Of a DNA stretch of 64,000 bases, positions 14,101 through 29,100 are shown one piece after another. The notes beneath the pieces are model-generated. The model worked only from the letters and a program-made list of their open reading frames with translations, was not told where the DNA came from and made no database searches. The position numbers and the translations under genes are program-made. The stretch covers positions 133,912 through 197,911 of the forward strand of contig NW_018408803.1 in NCBI RefSeq assembly GCF_002113885.1. The letters are read 5' to 3'. This DNA comes from Mizuhopecten yessoensis (Eukaryota). Each line of letters starts with the position of its first letter. Position 1 is the stretch's first letter.

Positions 14101-17100
14101 TTTCTCATAGATGAATGATATATTGGTCTAGGGACTTGAGATCCGGGTATTGATTCTTTACTCAGACCAAAATTTTCGTGAGTGAAAATCAAATGTAAAC
14201 AAAAAAAAACAGTATTCGGCTTCAAGTCTCCAAAATTAATGGCAATATCCGATTTTATAATTATTTTATAAACGGAACAAGAAATTAGACTTGAGCACAA
14301 AATCTATGCTTGAGCATAAGAACGTTTCATGAATACGGGTCATGGTTTTGTTGGTGCCATATTTTGCATCAGGTGTACATGTACTGAAAGAGTTTGAAAT
14401 TTTAGTGTTCTGTATTTTGTATTATGATGTATGTTTTTCAGACTGACACCAGTGTATGCCTTCTGTATCATGGTGTGGGGGGTGCTGTTCTTTTACACCC
14501 TGAGGGGGCCAGTGATGGTGTGGCGGACCTCCCCACAAATGGAGTCGATGATGAACGAATGCTCCAAGTCGTGGTGGGCGAACCTCCTCTATATAAACAA
14601 CTACTACCCGTACAGTGGCGACATTAACCAACAGGTTTGTCTGCTTGCGTGCTCTGAGAATTCGGTTTTGTAAACACTGTATAATTCTTTAGGAATTCAT
14701 GTATCGCTACCAAAAATGTAAAAACAGTAAAACCTCGATATAATGTGCATGCCCTTCCTTTAATTTGCCAACTCCTTACTTCCAGAACTTTTAATGTCCT
14801 GTTTTCTTGTTTTAATAATAAATCCTTTATACATTTCCCTCAATCTATTGCGAAACCCCTTCATAACGCCAATTTTTTTCTGGAAAAATGCTACCATTAA
14901 AACGAAGTATTGCTGTATGCATGTGAAATGTTTTTCCAATATGACCTTAGCTTGAGTATATTGTTTCTATTAAAAAACATACCTTGGTTCATAGGTTCAT
15001 TGCAGGTGACACTGTTGTAAGCATCTAGTCGCTTCTTGAGGTGCTTCTTAATACTGTCCACTTCACTTCTGGTTGCATTTGGAATACCTTGTACATGATT
15101 TATGAAAAAATAATAAAGAAATAAAAAATAATCAGCAACAGTATTCTAAATGTAAATGTGCAACTGAGCCAGACCAGGATTCGAACCCATGTCTTGTGAT
15201 CTTTATACTGTCACTCTAGCCGACTGTGCTACCTGGTCAGCGATAGTACATTTACCCAGATGTGCTAATGCTATACAGTACCTGAAACAAAACTAAGGGG
15301 AGCTAACTAGTGCTTACCAATCAATTACTGTCAGATACTCTAGCTTTCAGGGCTGACCAGGGAAATTCGCTCTGGGAAATAGCTCATTGATCATGAGTCA
15401 CAACTGGTTTTGTCAGATAACATTTAGCTCGCTTGGCCCAAAGGGCCATGTGAGCTAATGCCGTACTGCGACATCGGACATCAGTCTGTCCATCATCCGT
15501 CCGTCACCGTCAACTTTTTCTTTTTAACGACTTATATTTGGCCAGTTGGTACCTGGAATAGAGTGCTATAAAGTTAAAATGATCTTAACCTCCTTTCAGG
15601 GTCACAGGGTCAAATATTTAAAAGCATCAAACAACAATATCCTAAAAACCATTTGATCTAGAGTCATGATACTTGGATATGTTATGTAGACCATATGTGT
15701 GAATCTTTTTTTTATTACAGTAATGAGGTTAAAGGTCAACGTTAAGTGCTAGTCAGGGGTCAAAGGTCAACTTGGGTTAAAAGCTTTAAAATTGAAATTT
15801 AAAATATCAAACAATGATATATATAACAATAGATGTTAAAATGTCTTGTGTTCTAGTTACCAAAATTGGTCTGAAGTTACCTATTTGTCAGTTTCACGTA
15901 ACAAAAGAAACAGGCGAGCGATACAGGCCCTCTGGGTCTCTTGTTTGAATAATAATAATAATGATAATAGTTGGAGGATCTTATATACCGCTTTATCACA
16001 ACCTAGTTCGTAGGTCGTCTCAAAGCGGTTCACAAATTATTATCCGTGGTTATAGGGCCTTTGCAACTAGCCAGTACATTTCTCAACTCCCTCGGGAGCA
16101 TACAGCCGGTACATTTCTCAACTCCCTGGGGAGCATACAGCCGGAGCTGAAGATGGTTTATATGTTATAGATTTTCTTCAACAAATTAAATGATGGTAAA
16201 CTGAAATTAGGGTGTCTGTCTGTGTGTCTGTCCAGCAGTCTGTTCGTCTGTCCGTATGTATGTTTACCATTTGTAATTCATCTTATGATATGGAATACAA
16301 CATCAGATTTAGATGTCATCATTTTAACTGTACTGTAGTTAGTCTATCACAATCTTCTCATGTTGTTTTGTGTAAAAACTCTAAATGAAAACCTAACACA
16401 AACAAGAAAAGTGATACTGTATATAATGCTTTAAATTTGCGGGCTCATTATTTCGCGGTTTCGTATTCAGTACATATTTCGCTGTGCACCCAAATTCCAT
16501 GTGTCGTGCAAAGTACTTTGAGTGTGATCATTTAAGGGTTAAACCTTGAAATGCAGGTAATTAAACTGTTTGAAGACACTGATCCTCCCCAGTTACTTCA
16601 CTCAAAAGTAAATCAAATGTGTATGTACCTTTGCAGGAGTAAACAGTAATCAATGAATCACCTACTGTTCACATAGATATGCTGTGGCCACTTATATGTG
16701 AGTGTTGTTTTTACATGGACTGCCCAAGCAGCTGTCCGGTGATAGTCTTATTTTAGTTTATTTAAGCTTACATGACAGCGTTGGGTTATAAGTATTTTCA
16801 ACATGTTGTTATAAGGTCGGTTAAAGTGGTTATTATTTTTGATAATTTTGCTGGTGTCTAGAATTTGCTGATATTAGTCAAAGCACGAATATAGCGAAAT
16901 TAAAACTCCCGCGAAATATAACCGCTATACAATATTCTATCTCAAATCCACTGACCAAGATTTTCAGTAGCCATTGAAAGCTCTCTCCTACGTTTATCAT
17001 GTGTTGTGATTAACAGTTTTACTTTCTATCCCTTTGGTAGTTTACCTGTATCAAAGATTTAGCTCAGTCAGGCTTCGCTTGATAAAGAGATGAGTAATAC

Positions 17101-20100
17101 TGGTCTGGACGTGTTGTGACAAGTTGATATGTACATTATTTTTCTGATGTGCAAATATTAAACTTTAGTACTTATATCTGAACTCTTGTGAATCTTGTTG
17201 ATGATGATCGGTCTCTTTTATCTTTATCCAGTGTATGGGATGGTCCTGGTATTTAGCCAATGATATGCAGTTTTACATCATCAGTCCCTTCATCCTCATA
17301 CTGTTGTATCGGTGAGTATGATTGGTCAGAATTTATTTTGTAATAGCGACTCAGAATGTTCCTTGTCTATGATTCTATACTATGAGCAACATTTTATTTC
17401 CATAGGGGAAAAAATGAAATGATGAAATAATAAGAGCAGTAATATATTGTTTTATCCTGAAATGATGGATTATTATTCTGTTTTAGCAATCAAGAATGAG
17501 AGAAGATTTCTGTCATAAAAAGGGGGCCGCGGTGGCCAAATGGTTAAGGCGTCTTACATTCTGCTACAACTAGCTCTCCACCACTGGGTCGCGGGGCCGC
17601 ACTCTCCACCATTGGGTTGCGGGGCCGCAGTGGCCAAGTGGTTAAGGCGTCTGACATTCTGCTACCACTAGCCCTCCACCACTGGGTCGCGGGTTCGAGA
17701 CCTACGTTGGGTAGTCGCCAGGTACTGGCTGGAGGTCGGTGGTTATTCTCCGAGAGATCTGGCTTTCCTCCCCCACCAAAACCTGGCATTTCCTTAAATG
17801 ACCATAGCTGTTAATAAGACGTAAAACACAAACAAACCAAACCAAAGCAGTCATAAAACATGTAATTTGTTTATTTTAGACTTTTACCACAGACACTGGC
17901 CTTGTCTGTCAATCCATCTATACTCTATTATTACATCCTAGATGTATCGACAGATTAAGTAGGATTTAATGGGATACATGATGGATTCAGGCAAGTACTT
18001 GCCTCTATGTCTATATCATATAAATTAACAATCTAAATTAAAAATTGAAAAGTCACTTCTGTTGTTAGTTTTGTAGCTAGCTAGGTGATAAAATTTCAGT
18101 TCAAGATGTTTCTAATGATTGTCCAAACTAATTATAAAAGCCCCTAATTGTTGTAGCCTGTATGACCGCCTCGGGAAGACTGTTCAGATCCATACATCAA
18201 CAGTTCTGTAGCTAAATGAATGTTTCCTTATATCTAACTTACATTGATTTTTCTTTCTTTATGTAATCTTTGTGTATGTCCTCTTGTTCTGGATATTGAA
18301 TCGTAATCAAAGTTGCCAGCATTATCTTTGTTGTCATGAAAATTGTTCATAATTTTATAGACGTTAATTATATCTCCTCTCATTCTCCTGTATGTCCGTG
18401 TTTGGATTCACGATTTCTTGTCGCTGTATAATAGATCCTTCAGCCAAGGTATTAGATGTTGATACTCCCTACGATACACTGTATCGTAGCTTTCAGAATT
18501 AAAACAAACTTTATCAAAATCTAAATTTTCTTTAGCAGTTGAAAACAATGTCTTTTTAAACTTGAAACATTTTTCGACAGTTTTCGTTGTTGTATTAATT
18601 AGTCTTTTCTAGGACCAGTTTACAATTCCTGTCCAAGACTGCCCTTATTGAGTTTAGATAATAGCTTTTGTCTCGCCGCGATGAAGAAGTGTAAGCGAGA
18701 CAAATTAGGTGTTGCTTTTCTGGCAGCGGCAGGTTCAGCGTAAAGTTTTTGCGTTTAAGTTAATAGTTTCTAGACCTGCTAACCCCTGAATCTCCCAATG
18801 GGGGTCATGACCCCATTGGGAAATTCTGTGGGGGGTGATAACGCGCGACAAAAAATAACGTCAGAATTAATCACATAATTTTCGTGCCGTCACGGCATAA
18901 CATATATGTTGTGGTTTCTGGTAGGATTTAGGACTTTTTTTTTAAAATAAATAAAACAAATTTTTTCACACATTTTGTTTTATTACATTCTCTTTTTTCA
19001 AAATACTTATTTCCCTGTACGTACAGGTAGTTTGAGTTAATTGTAGAAAACTTGGCATCTTTCATCATTGATGCATACTGGGAGCATGAACTCATCTAGA
19101 GGCTCCTCTATCTATTTCTCTCCCTCATCTTTATGTACTACATTGGGAATCTGACTGCCTGCAGGTTGGAAACTGGAAAAAATAAAATATGCATTTAATG
19201 TTAAAAACAGACCTGTATTTATAATATTGGTATAATAATATCTTGGTACACTCAAATTTGTATGACTGCAACAAATTTCAAAGCAATCTCGCGATCGATA
19301 TCGGAAAGCATTATCATGCAGATTTTGGTAAATTAAAATAATCATGATCTGCCGTTGAGACAGTAATGTGCTCAGAATTTAAGCTACTAAATAACGACTT
19401 TGCATTTATAACCACAGTAACAATATGTGAAGTACAGTCCTACCGTACCCATTTGGAGATGAGGTTAGTGGTGGAGGCCAGTGTTTGATTTAGGCCTCAA
19501 TAACCACAGCTTCTAGTCTTGCTGGGCTTATCTCCCCAAGGAACACCACGGCTATGGATATAATCCACACAATAGGCACAGTCACCCTGTGCCTTGATAA
19601 GTATGAAAATAGTCTCCCCGTGACAGGGCCCAATATCAGCTATGAGGTATGCGGTAACACTGTTGGTCAATCCGACAGTGTGCCCCTTTGCAAATTGCAT
19701 TGACCCGATTAAAGTACTAACGGGATTCCATGCACTGTTGTAATACTGTAGTAAACAGTACTCACCGTTCAAATTTGCCTGGCTTCCACGAAAGAGAGAC
19801 CGCCATTGTGAAAACATTTCGAATTGTGTACGGACTATACCTATACCTGAATGCTAAACCTCCGAGACACATGAATGGAGCACTTCCGGAAATAGGGAGA
19901 TACTAATACGAGCGCAGAGGCGGGTGATTCCAGGTCATGTGGACGGAATGCGGGAGATTTGTATGACACGCACGGGTCATGAGTTGGTCGCGGGTGATAG
20001 GTTCATTTTGCGGGTGTAACCCGCAAGATGCGGGTCATTTAGCGGGTATGAGTTTCACTGAAAGTATAAGTCCTAGGCCAAACATTAACCATAGATGCAT

Positions 20101-23100
20101 CTTAGGGAGTACATCTCAACCCATCCACCAAATGCTGGATGTGGCCTACCTTTCATGGTCCATTGACTTTGTCATCATCTCCATCAACATTGAGCTTTTG
20201 CGTTTAAGTTAGTTTCTCTGAAACTATAAGTGCTAGACCAACCAAACTTGGACCAGTCAGGCACGAGACATATCATTTCAAATGCCGTCTACATTGAATT
20301 TATTTCACAAAATATGCTTTAATGGTTAAAGCGAGGCACAGGCGAGACATATCAATCCGAATCGCTTGCTTATACATATTTATAGCCATTTAGTGTAGAA
20401 GAGGGTTAATTTTCTTACTTATTTGAAGTTTGTGAATAAGTTAACCAATATTACAAATGTCACTTTTGCTGGCCTTTTTGGCATGCTAATTTCCTGTTTT
20501 GTATCATTTTCATACAAGGAAGCAATGTATTAACAATATTCTTTGTTTTTTTTCCTCCAGGTATCGGAAAATTGGCTTTGTGGTGTGTGGATTTCTGATA
20601 GGAGCTTGTATATTCATCCGTGCGATGACTGCTTTCGAATTTGGAATGCATGTGCCAGTGTAAGTGTTTTGTTATTACATCCTTATTTACTTTATAACTT
20701 CCTGCTTGATCTGTGTATTTAACCTTTTCACCCCTATGTAACTTTAGTGGACTATACCATGCATTTATTGGGATGAGTCCATTATGGTCTACAGTGATGA
20801 AAGGGTTAGTGACTTGACGGAAAGAGATGTCATCTGTATGTGGAGTCAATGTCCTTGCTTTAAGTTATAAGAATTATTACATAAACACTTTTTAGTTGAC
20901 CTGCCCGAAGGGCAGGTGAGCTTATGTCATGGTGCGGCATCCGTCGGCCGGCCATCGGCCAGCCATCCTCGTCCGTCAACTTTTCCTTTAAACAACTTTT
21001 CTGAAGAACGGACAGGCTTAGAGTCATGATATTGGGCTGAAAACTTTGTTGGTAGGAGCTTGACAAAGTTTGGGAACGAAAATGACCTTGACCTACTTAC
21101 AAGGTCACAGGGGTCAAATATGTTAAAAACTTCAAACGACTTCTTCTGAAAAACAAAAAGGTATAGAATATTCCTATTTGGCTGATGGCTTCCTGGGACG
21201 GAGCCCAACAAAGTTTGAGAACGAAAATGACCTTGACCTACTTTCAAGGTCACAGCAGTCAAATATGTCAAATGCTAAAACCGACTTCTTCTGAAGAACG
21301 AAAAGGTATAGAATCTCCATATTTTGTTGGTGGCTTCCTGGGATGGAGCCCAACAAAATTTGAGAACGAAAATAACCTTGACCTACTTTTAAGGTCACAG
21401 GGGTCAAATGTGTCTAACACTTCAAACGACTTCTTCTGAAGAACTGAAAGGTATAGAATCTTTATATTTCGCTGGTGGCTTCCTGGGATAAAGCCCAACG
21501 AAGTTTGAGAATGAAAATTAGTTTGACCTATTTTCAAGGTCACAGCAGTCAAATATGTCAAATGCTTCAAACGATTTCTTCTGAAGAACTAAAAGGTATA
21601 GAATCTTTATATTTGGCTGGTGGCTTCCTGGGAAAGAGCTGACAAAGTTTGAAAAACGAAAATGACCTTGACCTACTTTCAAAGTCACAGGAGTCAGATA
21701 TGTCTAATGCTTAAAACATCTTCTCATGAAGAACTGAAAGTTATAGAACCTAAATAGTTGGCTTGTAGCTTTCAGTGAAAGAGCCCAACAAAGTTTGCAA
21801 ATGAAAATGACCTTGACCTACATTCAAGGTCACAGGAGTCAGATATGTCTAACGCTTAGAACAACTTCTTCTGAAGAAGTGGAAGGTATAGAACCTTAAT
21901 ATTTGGCTGGTTATTTCCTGGGAAAGAGCCAAACAAAGTTTGCGAATGCAAATAACCTTGACTTGCTTTCAAGGTCACAGCGTTCAAATATGTCAAACGT
22001 TCAAACTACTTCTGAAGAATTAAAATTCATGAAATTATAATATTTGGCTGGTGACTTCCCGGGATAGAGCTCATCGAAGTTTGCGAATGAAAATGACCTC
22101 AACCTACTTAAGAGGTCACAGAGGTCAACAACATTTTAAAGGATTTGTTCTCAAGAACTGAAAGAAATGGATTCACAAGATTCGGCTTGTAGCATTTTGG
22201 AATAGGGCTAACTAATTTGAGAAGGAAAATGACATTGACCTACTTACAAGGTCACAGGTAAAAATATGTCAAGCAACTTCTGAAGAAGAAGAAAAAAGCA
22301 TAGAATCTTATATTAATATTTTGCTGGTAGTTTCAACAGATGGAGCCAACAAAGTTCATGAGGGAAATATTTCTAGTGCAATATAATATTTAATGAGAAT
22401 ATTTTGCTATGACTGCTTAAATATTCAGGTGAGCGATGACAGGCCCTCTTTGGCCTCTTGTATTACATTTTTATCCGTAAGATGTTAAATTTTATCAACT
22501 TAATAAAACTGATATCTTTCACACTGTGACAGACATCACAATTGATATTTGTCACAGTGTGAGAAAATATCTTTTGGTATTGACCAATCAGAAAGGTTCT
22601 TTCTATTAACTTCATTGATTTTTTCGATTTAGATACAGATGACTCCAGAATAGAATTAGTGGTTGTTTTAGTACACTTTTACTTCATAAACTAAGACGTT
22701 TATTTACCTACACAATTTATAACATTTTGTATGTAAATCTTACCGAATAATAGCGGAAAATATTATGATTGTGTTGAGTAGCTCATTCCGAAGTGAGCAC
22801 AGGTTGTTGTCACACATGCCATTTTCAGAATAATTATGGCACCAAGGGTTACAGTATCAAATCCCCAACTGTTATGATGCAGTACATTTTTGTCAATGCA
22901 GGTTGTTTTAAAATAGTGATAAATAGCAAATGTAATGATTTTGCTGTTACCGTACCATGTACATATTTTACTTGTATGGCAATTAGTATTTACCACTATT
23001 TTTACTCAATTCTTGTGAAAAAATATCGGCATTCAGCCATACTAACGAAATAAAGATGACATTCAATCGGAAACCAATAAATATTCACTCTTTCAAGAAT

Positions 23101-26100
23101 ATATCCAGGAACATTTTTAAAAGTAACTTTCAAATTGGTATTTTTTGGTAAGTATTTTATATCTACCAATAAACTATCAATTGTAATCAACCAAGTCCAT
23201 GTACGTACAAATTATTGACTGGTATGTTGCAATTGTGTTCCACAAGTACTGGGTACTGTAGAAAATCAAATCTTTTGGAAAGGATTTTTGGAATGATATT
23301 CATCACTTGGGTAAGAATAATAAATGCTATGTTTGTTTTGAACACAAGCAGGAAATAAAAGTTTATTTTGTGAGTTTTCTAGAACGTCTGGTTCCTTTGT
23401 CAAGACAAGAGTGTAAAATAGAAGATATTACACTCTTTGTTTGAGAAAGGAACAGAGGTTTTACAAAGCTTTGAAAAATAAGTTTCCAGTTCCTGTTTGT
23501 GTTGAAATCAAACTTAGCATTTACTTGTGCAAGAAGTTACAAAACAAATTCACAGTCAGGATCAACTGCTCACTATCCTTAATAATCTAACTTGATGATT
23601 TCAGCCAAACAGTGACAAAGCACACAGATAACTATTATGGCCAGCACGCCCCGCTTTACAACAAGATGTACACACGTATCGCTCCCTACATCGTGGGAAT
23701 GCTCCTCGGCTACGTTCTACACAGGACAGACTGCAGAGTGAGGATGTCTAAGGTAAGCTATGTATATTTGATACATTGTTAACGACACTACAGGATAAGT
23801 AACATAGTGGGACACTACTGGGTACGATACATTGTGGGGATGTAAAATGGATTTCATCACAACATACTCGAGGGTCACCAATAAGTGGTTTTTAAAGTTA
23901 ATTTGGTTGACTAGTTTCACCTCTAAAATTGAGGCTTCATTAGGACAATTATTGGTGATACTTAAGGATTAACTTGAATATATTTTTCATGTTATGGAGC
24001 TATAACACAAAAAAACGGAGTGTACTCTAATTAATCCTTATAATTTAATCTACTTTACACAATCCCGGTGGAAATCCACTTTTATTGATGGACTCTTTTC
24101 TCTTAGAAACTATTGCGCTGCTGTATCAGCCAATCAAAAGTGAAGTTACAAACAGCGATGTAATTGTTTTACGTTATGGGCTGATAACATAATTTTTTAA
24201 GCCAATGAAAATGCTTGTTACAAGCAAGATTAAATTATTTGAGTATATTGTGATGAAATCCATTTTCTTTACATGTTGTTATTATAATGTTTGTTGCATA
24301 GACTTTTTAACCAAATTCATGAAAATGTCCACAAATTTTGCAAAATAATTATTAAATTTCGGGTTAACACGAGGCCTAGACCCTTTCATGGACACATTTT
24401 ACATTCATTTTTATGTTATGTGCATCCAGGAAATATTTGTATGTATTTAACACTAAAATTACCCTTACAATGTAGCATCTCGAAATGTATCTAGCCAATG
24501 AGTAAATGTATCTTACCAATGAGTATCCCCACAATGTATCTAACCAATGAGTATCCCCACAATGTATCTAACCAATGAGTATCCCTACAATACCTTTTGG
24601 TATCCCTACTCAAAGTAAAGTGCCCCACTGATCATGACCTACCCACAAACCTACACCTGACATTGGCTCCATTACCTTACATAATAGTGGGTAATGAGGA
24701 ACAGAGCTAGGTGTAAATACACTGAGGATTGCTGCAAGTCTTGAAAACATTTGGGATGGTCAGCTTCGTTTGCCTTGTTTTACTCAGCATATTAATAATT
24801 TTATTGATGCACAAAGTCTATACAAAATTGAATGATATGTATACATGTATAAATCAATATTTAAATGATATCAATTAATTTAAAGTTTGTGAGATAGCAA
24901 CACAAATCATGCAGTTTATTTTACAGAAAAAGAATTTGAAAGCATCACAATTTTCATATCATCAGGACTCTGTGTATAATAAACATATAATTTCTCATTT
25001 TTTCTTCATTACAGGGGAAGGTTTTGCTTGGATGGGCTGTTGCCATAGCGACAGGATTGTCTGTTGTATATGGTCTCTATGACTACTATCACAATAGTTA
25101 CAATGCATCATTGGCAACAAGTGTGATTTACTTGGCCTTCAATCGCGTTGCGTGGAGTCTCGCCCTGGCCTGGGTTGTATTTGCCTGTGCTACTGGATAT
25201 GGAGGTAAGATTGTAACTCAGGTTATCTCCCTTACATAGAAAGATTGGACCCCTCCTCTTAATGTAGTTGTAACGCCACTCTAAGTTTTCAGGGAATTTG
25301 CTTTTTTATACGCCCGTCGAGATACCAGACATATTATGTTATCACATGAGCTAGTGGGTCAGTCGGTGGGCACGGTGTCCACTCGATATCTCAAATAATT
25401 TTCAACAGATTAATTATAAACGTCATAGGAAGGTTTACTACCAAGAGTGGCTCGGACAAGTAAGATAACCACCATTATCGGCTGTAATTTACTGGGTTAT
25501 GCCCCTTTAATCGATTGCTGAAACAGTGTCCACTCAATATATCACGAGTAATTTACGATAGATTAACTTTATACTTCGTAATAACTTCAATTATCGTGAA
25601 AACTCTGACACATTCCATTTCCACCATTAACTCGTTCACCGATAAATCCCTGTAAACTGGGATTGAAAACCTTTCTCCTGACAATTAATTGGGATATTAA
25701 GGGATATGGGGGTTGAATTCCAAACAAAATGAAACCCCAATAATAGACAATGTCTTTAAACTACACTATGTTTGCATAACTTATGATGTCAATAGAATAC
25801 CAATGTAAAATAAGGTTATATAAGATAAATCAAAGGTTTACATTCTGTGAGAAAAAAAAGAAAAAATGGTAGTTGGATAGGAGGGAAGCTGTAATTTTCT
25901 GAGGGAAAGGGTTGTTAAAAAGGTTAAAGGATAATCTTTTCATAAAGTTTAAATGAATATTTTTTTAAGAAGAATTAGATTTATTTAATCATTTCTTTCC
26001 TACTGTGTTTAGTTACACTTTGATAAAATTAGTGATGGTTGTACTAATAGACAAAGCTTTAAAGTTTTCGTATATATACAGTTATCTCCCTTTATGTAAC

Positions 26101-29100
26101 ATTCGGATATAACTGCATCACAGTTATTTTGGGCCAGGATATTTCCATTGACAAGCTAGCTCAGTCAGTTATAAACTTTATTTATTTTACAACAGGTTAT
26201 ATAACCTATATTAATAACTCTTTTTGGCCCGGATGTTAGTGTGCAGGGGTCTTAACCCTTTCACCACTGTATACCATAATGGGCTCATCCATATCAATGC
26301 ATGGTAGAGTCTACTAAAATTACATAGGGGTGAAAGGGTTAATGTGGGTGGAAACCTGAGTACCAGGAGAAAACCCATGTGGTCGGGCAGGTGACCTCAT
26401 ACCTTTTCACTTCCGATCTTGGAATCGAACCCTGGCCACCTGGTGGGGGTTTGATTCTCCGATCGGACGTGAAAAGGTATGAGGTCAGTTAGAGTGTTAG
26501 TATAACAATCTAAAGTCTTGTGTCCGAACCCTGGTCTAGTCTTGCGGCTTTTTTTCCACAAGTCCTGCTTGGTATGGGTTTTTTTCAGAAATGATTTATC
26601 AAAGCTATAGTCCTGCTGAAAAACAGTTACGAATACTTAATTACATTTTTATAACGTAGTGGTACGGGGATCCATAAATGAACAGAAAATAAATCTCAAA
26701 GTAAGAGGGGAATGATCAAATTAAGGAAATGGTTCGTTGAAAACTGGTTCATTCTTAAGCTTTGAGAAGCATTTTAAGGGAAATTGTTATTTCTTCTGCA
26801 TGAAAAATTGAAGCCCATAGTTGGTTTTAGAATGTTTTTCGATTACTGGATTTATGGTTTGTCTAATACCAGCAGAAATATATATATATAATGGTCTGAA
26901 ATAAAATGATGAGAGCCAACTCAATTCACTTTAAGGATCACATTACCAATTTGGAAAAGTCAAACTAGATATTTTTTTGGTTCAGATTATCCATTAAGTT
27001 TGGTGCTATTTTTAAGTGTATCCTGAGTAGCTACATTGTCTTTGGACACCATTCGGGTATGACTTCTAGCTGTTCAAAAATCATTAAAGTAAAAATGAAA
27101 AAGCAAGCATCAATATGAAATCTGTGGACCAGGGTAAGTTCCGAGTTATATAAAATAATCATTGCTCTTTTCCTGAAGTTTATTAATGTATATAAAACTG
27201 GGAAAACTTGTTTCGATTTTCATACCTTTGTCAATTAACTTGTAGGTCTGGTAAACTCTCTCCTGTCGTGGAGCGCGTGGGCTCCTCTGGGACGTCTGAC
27301 GTACTGCGCCTATCTGATACATCCTATTGTGATGGAGTATATCTTCAACCAGCCGTCCTCGTACTTCATCTCTGATGTCAACATGGTAAGGCTTACGTGA
27401 ATGTCTTTATTGATGTTTAGTTATTTACATTTGGTGTGGCAAAGCCCTTCTATATTACTACTTAAGTACTGCCAATAGCAGCTTCATCTTATGAGACTAT
27501 AACTGAAGTTGGTCTTTGCACCCCCGACCGACTTAACCGTGTCATTACCAAACTTATCGGTATCTTCTGCCTTGATCCCGAACACCAGCTCTGCCTGTCT
27601 CAAGTGTCTGTGAGATCAACAAACAATTTTACGCCTGGATTTTTCACCAATTCAACCTTCTCTGGTTGCACGATCAACATCAACATGCATATGCCGGACT
27701 GCAACTATAACTCTGACCTGATTACTGCGGACTTCCGTTGAGTTCGTGCGCCGGATATAGGTCGCAATAAAATCGGAAAATGTTTTACGACACTTGATTA
27801 CTGACTTGATTAGTTACTTATAAAATGTTATTTGTTACTATTTTATGAATTGAGAATATGATATGTATATAAATTAAAAGCAAATGAATTATTAACGAAA
27901 GTTGCGGAGCCTTTTCAATTTTGTTTGGTAAATAGCACGTGACGTCAGCTGTTATATTTGCCGTTCTAGATATTGACCTGACCTGACGGTAATAAGTGGG
28001 AAATTTGAAAGTTGGAAAAGACATAACTTATGTTTTTGCGAATTCTCATTACGGAAATATAAATATAAATATCTTCTACTTAGTCAAAACGGTCTCAGCG
28101 ACCACCTGTTATAAACGGGGTTACAGCTTAGGAATTTGAGGGGGAAGTCTTGCTGGAAAGCTAGCATTTCCAGTGATGCGGTATAACTTGGGGACCCGCT
28201 CACTAATTCAGCAACATCAAGCATGTTCAGTAAGTTAAAGGGGATAGTTTAACAGTTAAGGAATTTGAGGGGGAAATACTGCCTAACTGGCAAGCTATCT
28301 TTTCAAATGATGCTGTATAACGGGGGGACCTGCTCACTAGTTCAGCAACCTCGAGCATGGTCAGTAGTTGGATGGGTGATGGCCCGCACGTTACAATGGT
28401 CGTTAGCGGTCTAATTATGTGGCCAACGTTCACTAAAATTCCCACCCATCGTGACATATCACCTGCGGTCATGAGACATTAAACCAAGCATAGATAACGG
28501 GCGAATTAGCCCAGGGGTGAGGTGTGGCGACTTTGTGAGCATCAATTCAATAATAAACACCAACATTTTAAGATTTTAAAGAATTTTTATCAACACTCCG
28601 ACATTTTTTACAGTTACAACACCATTTTTTTCTAAATATATGTACTTCAGCTTAAACAGACTTAACTTTAAAGAATATGGTCTTTAAAAATATCATTTGA
28701 GGCTGAGTAGCTTTTCCAATTAATTTAAACACTATTGTCAAACAGTGCTTGTTTTTTTATTCAGTTGAGATTAACTTTTAATGAGTATAGTGGTTGCTTT
28801 GTATAATTGATATACCAGTTGGTGTATATTAAATATCTTTGCTTTTTAAAAACTTTTCAGGTCTGTACATTACAATCTTGTTAAAATTGTTGTAGACAAT
28901 TTCTATCCTTATCAGTGTTGGTTGTCATGGTTACTAGATCAACACATAGTAGTTTGTCCAGTTCACACACTACTGTACTGTAGGATTTTGACATTGTTAA
29001 ACCCAAACGCTGCCCACATGACATCCTCCCTGTCTACACCAACAGCCTGAGGCGGGTTGTCACCTGTCTGTATGAACCTGAGAAACTCACCACGCCCACT

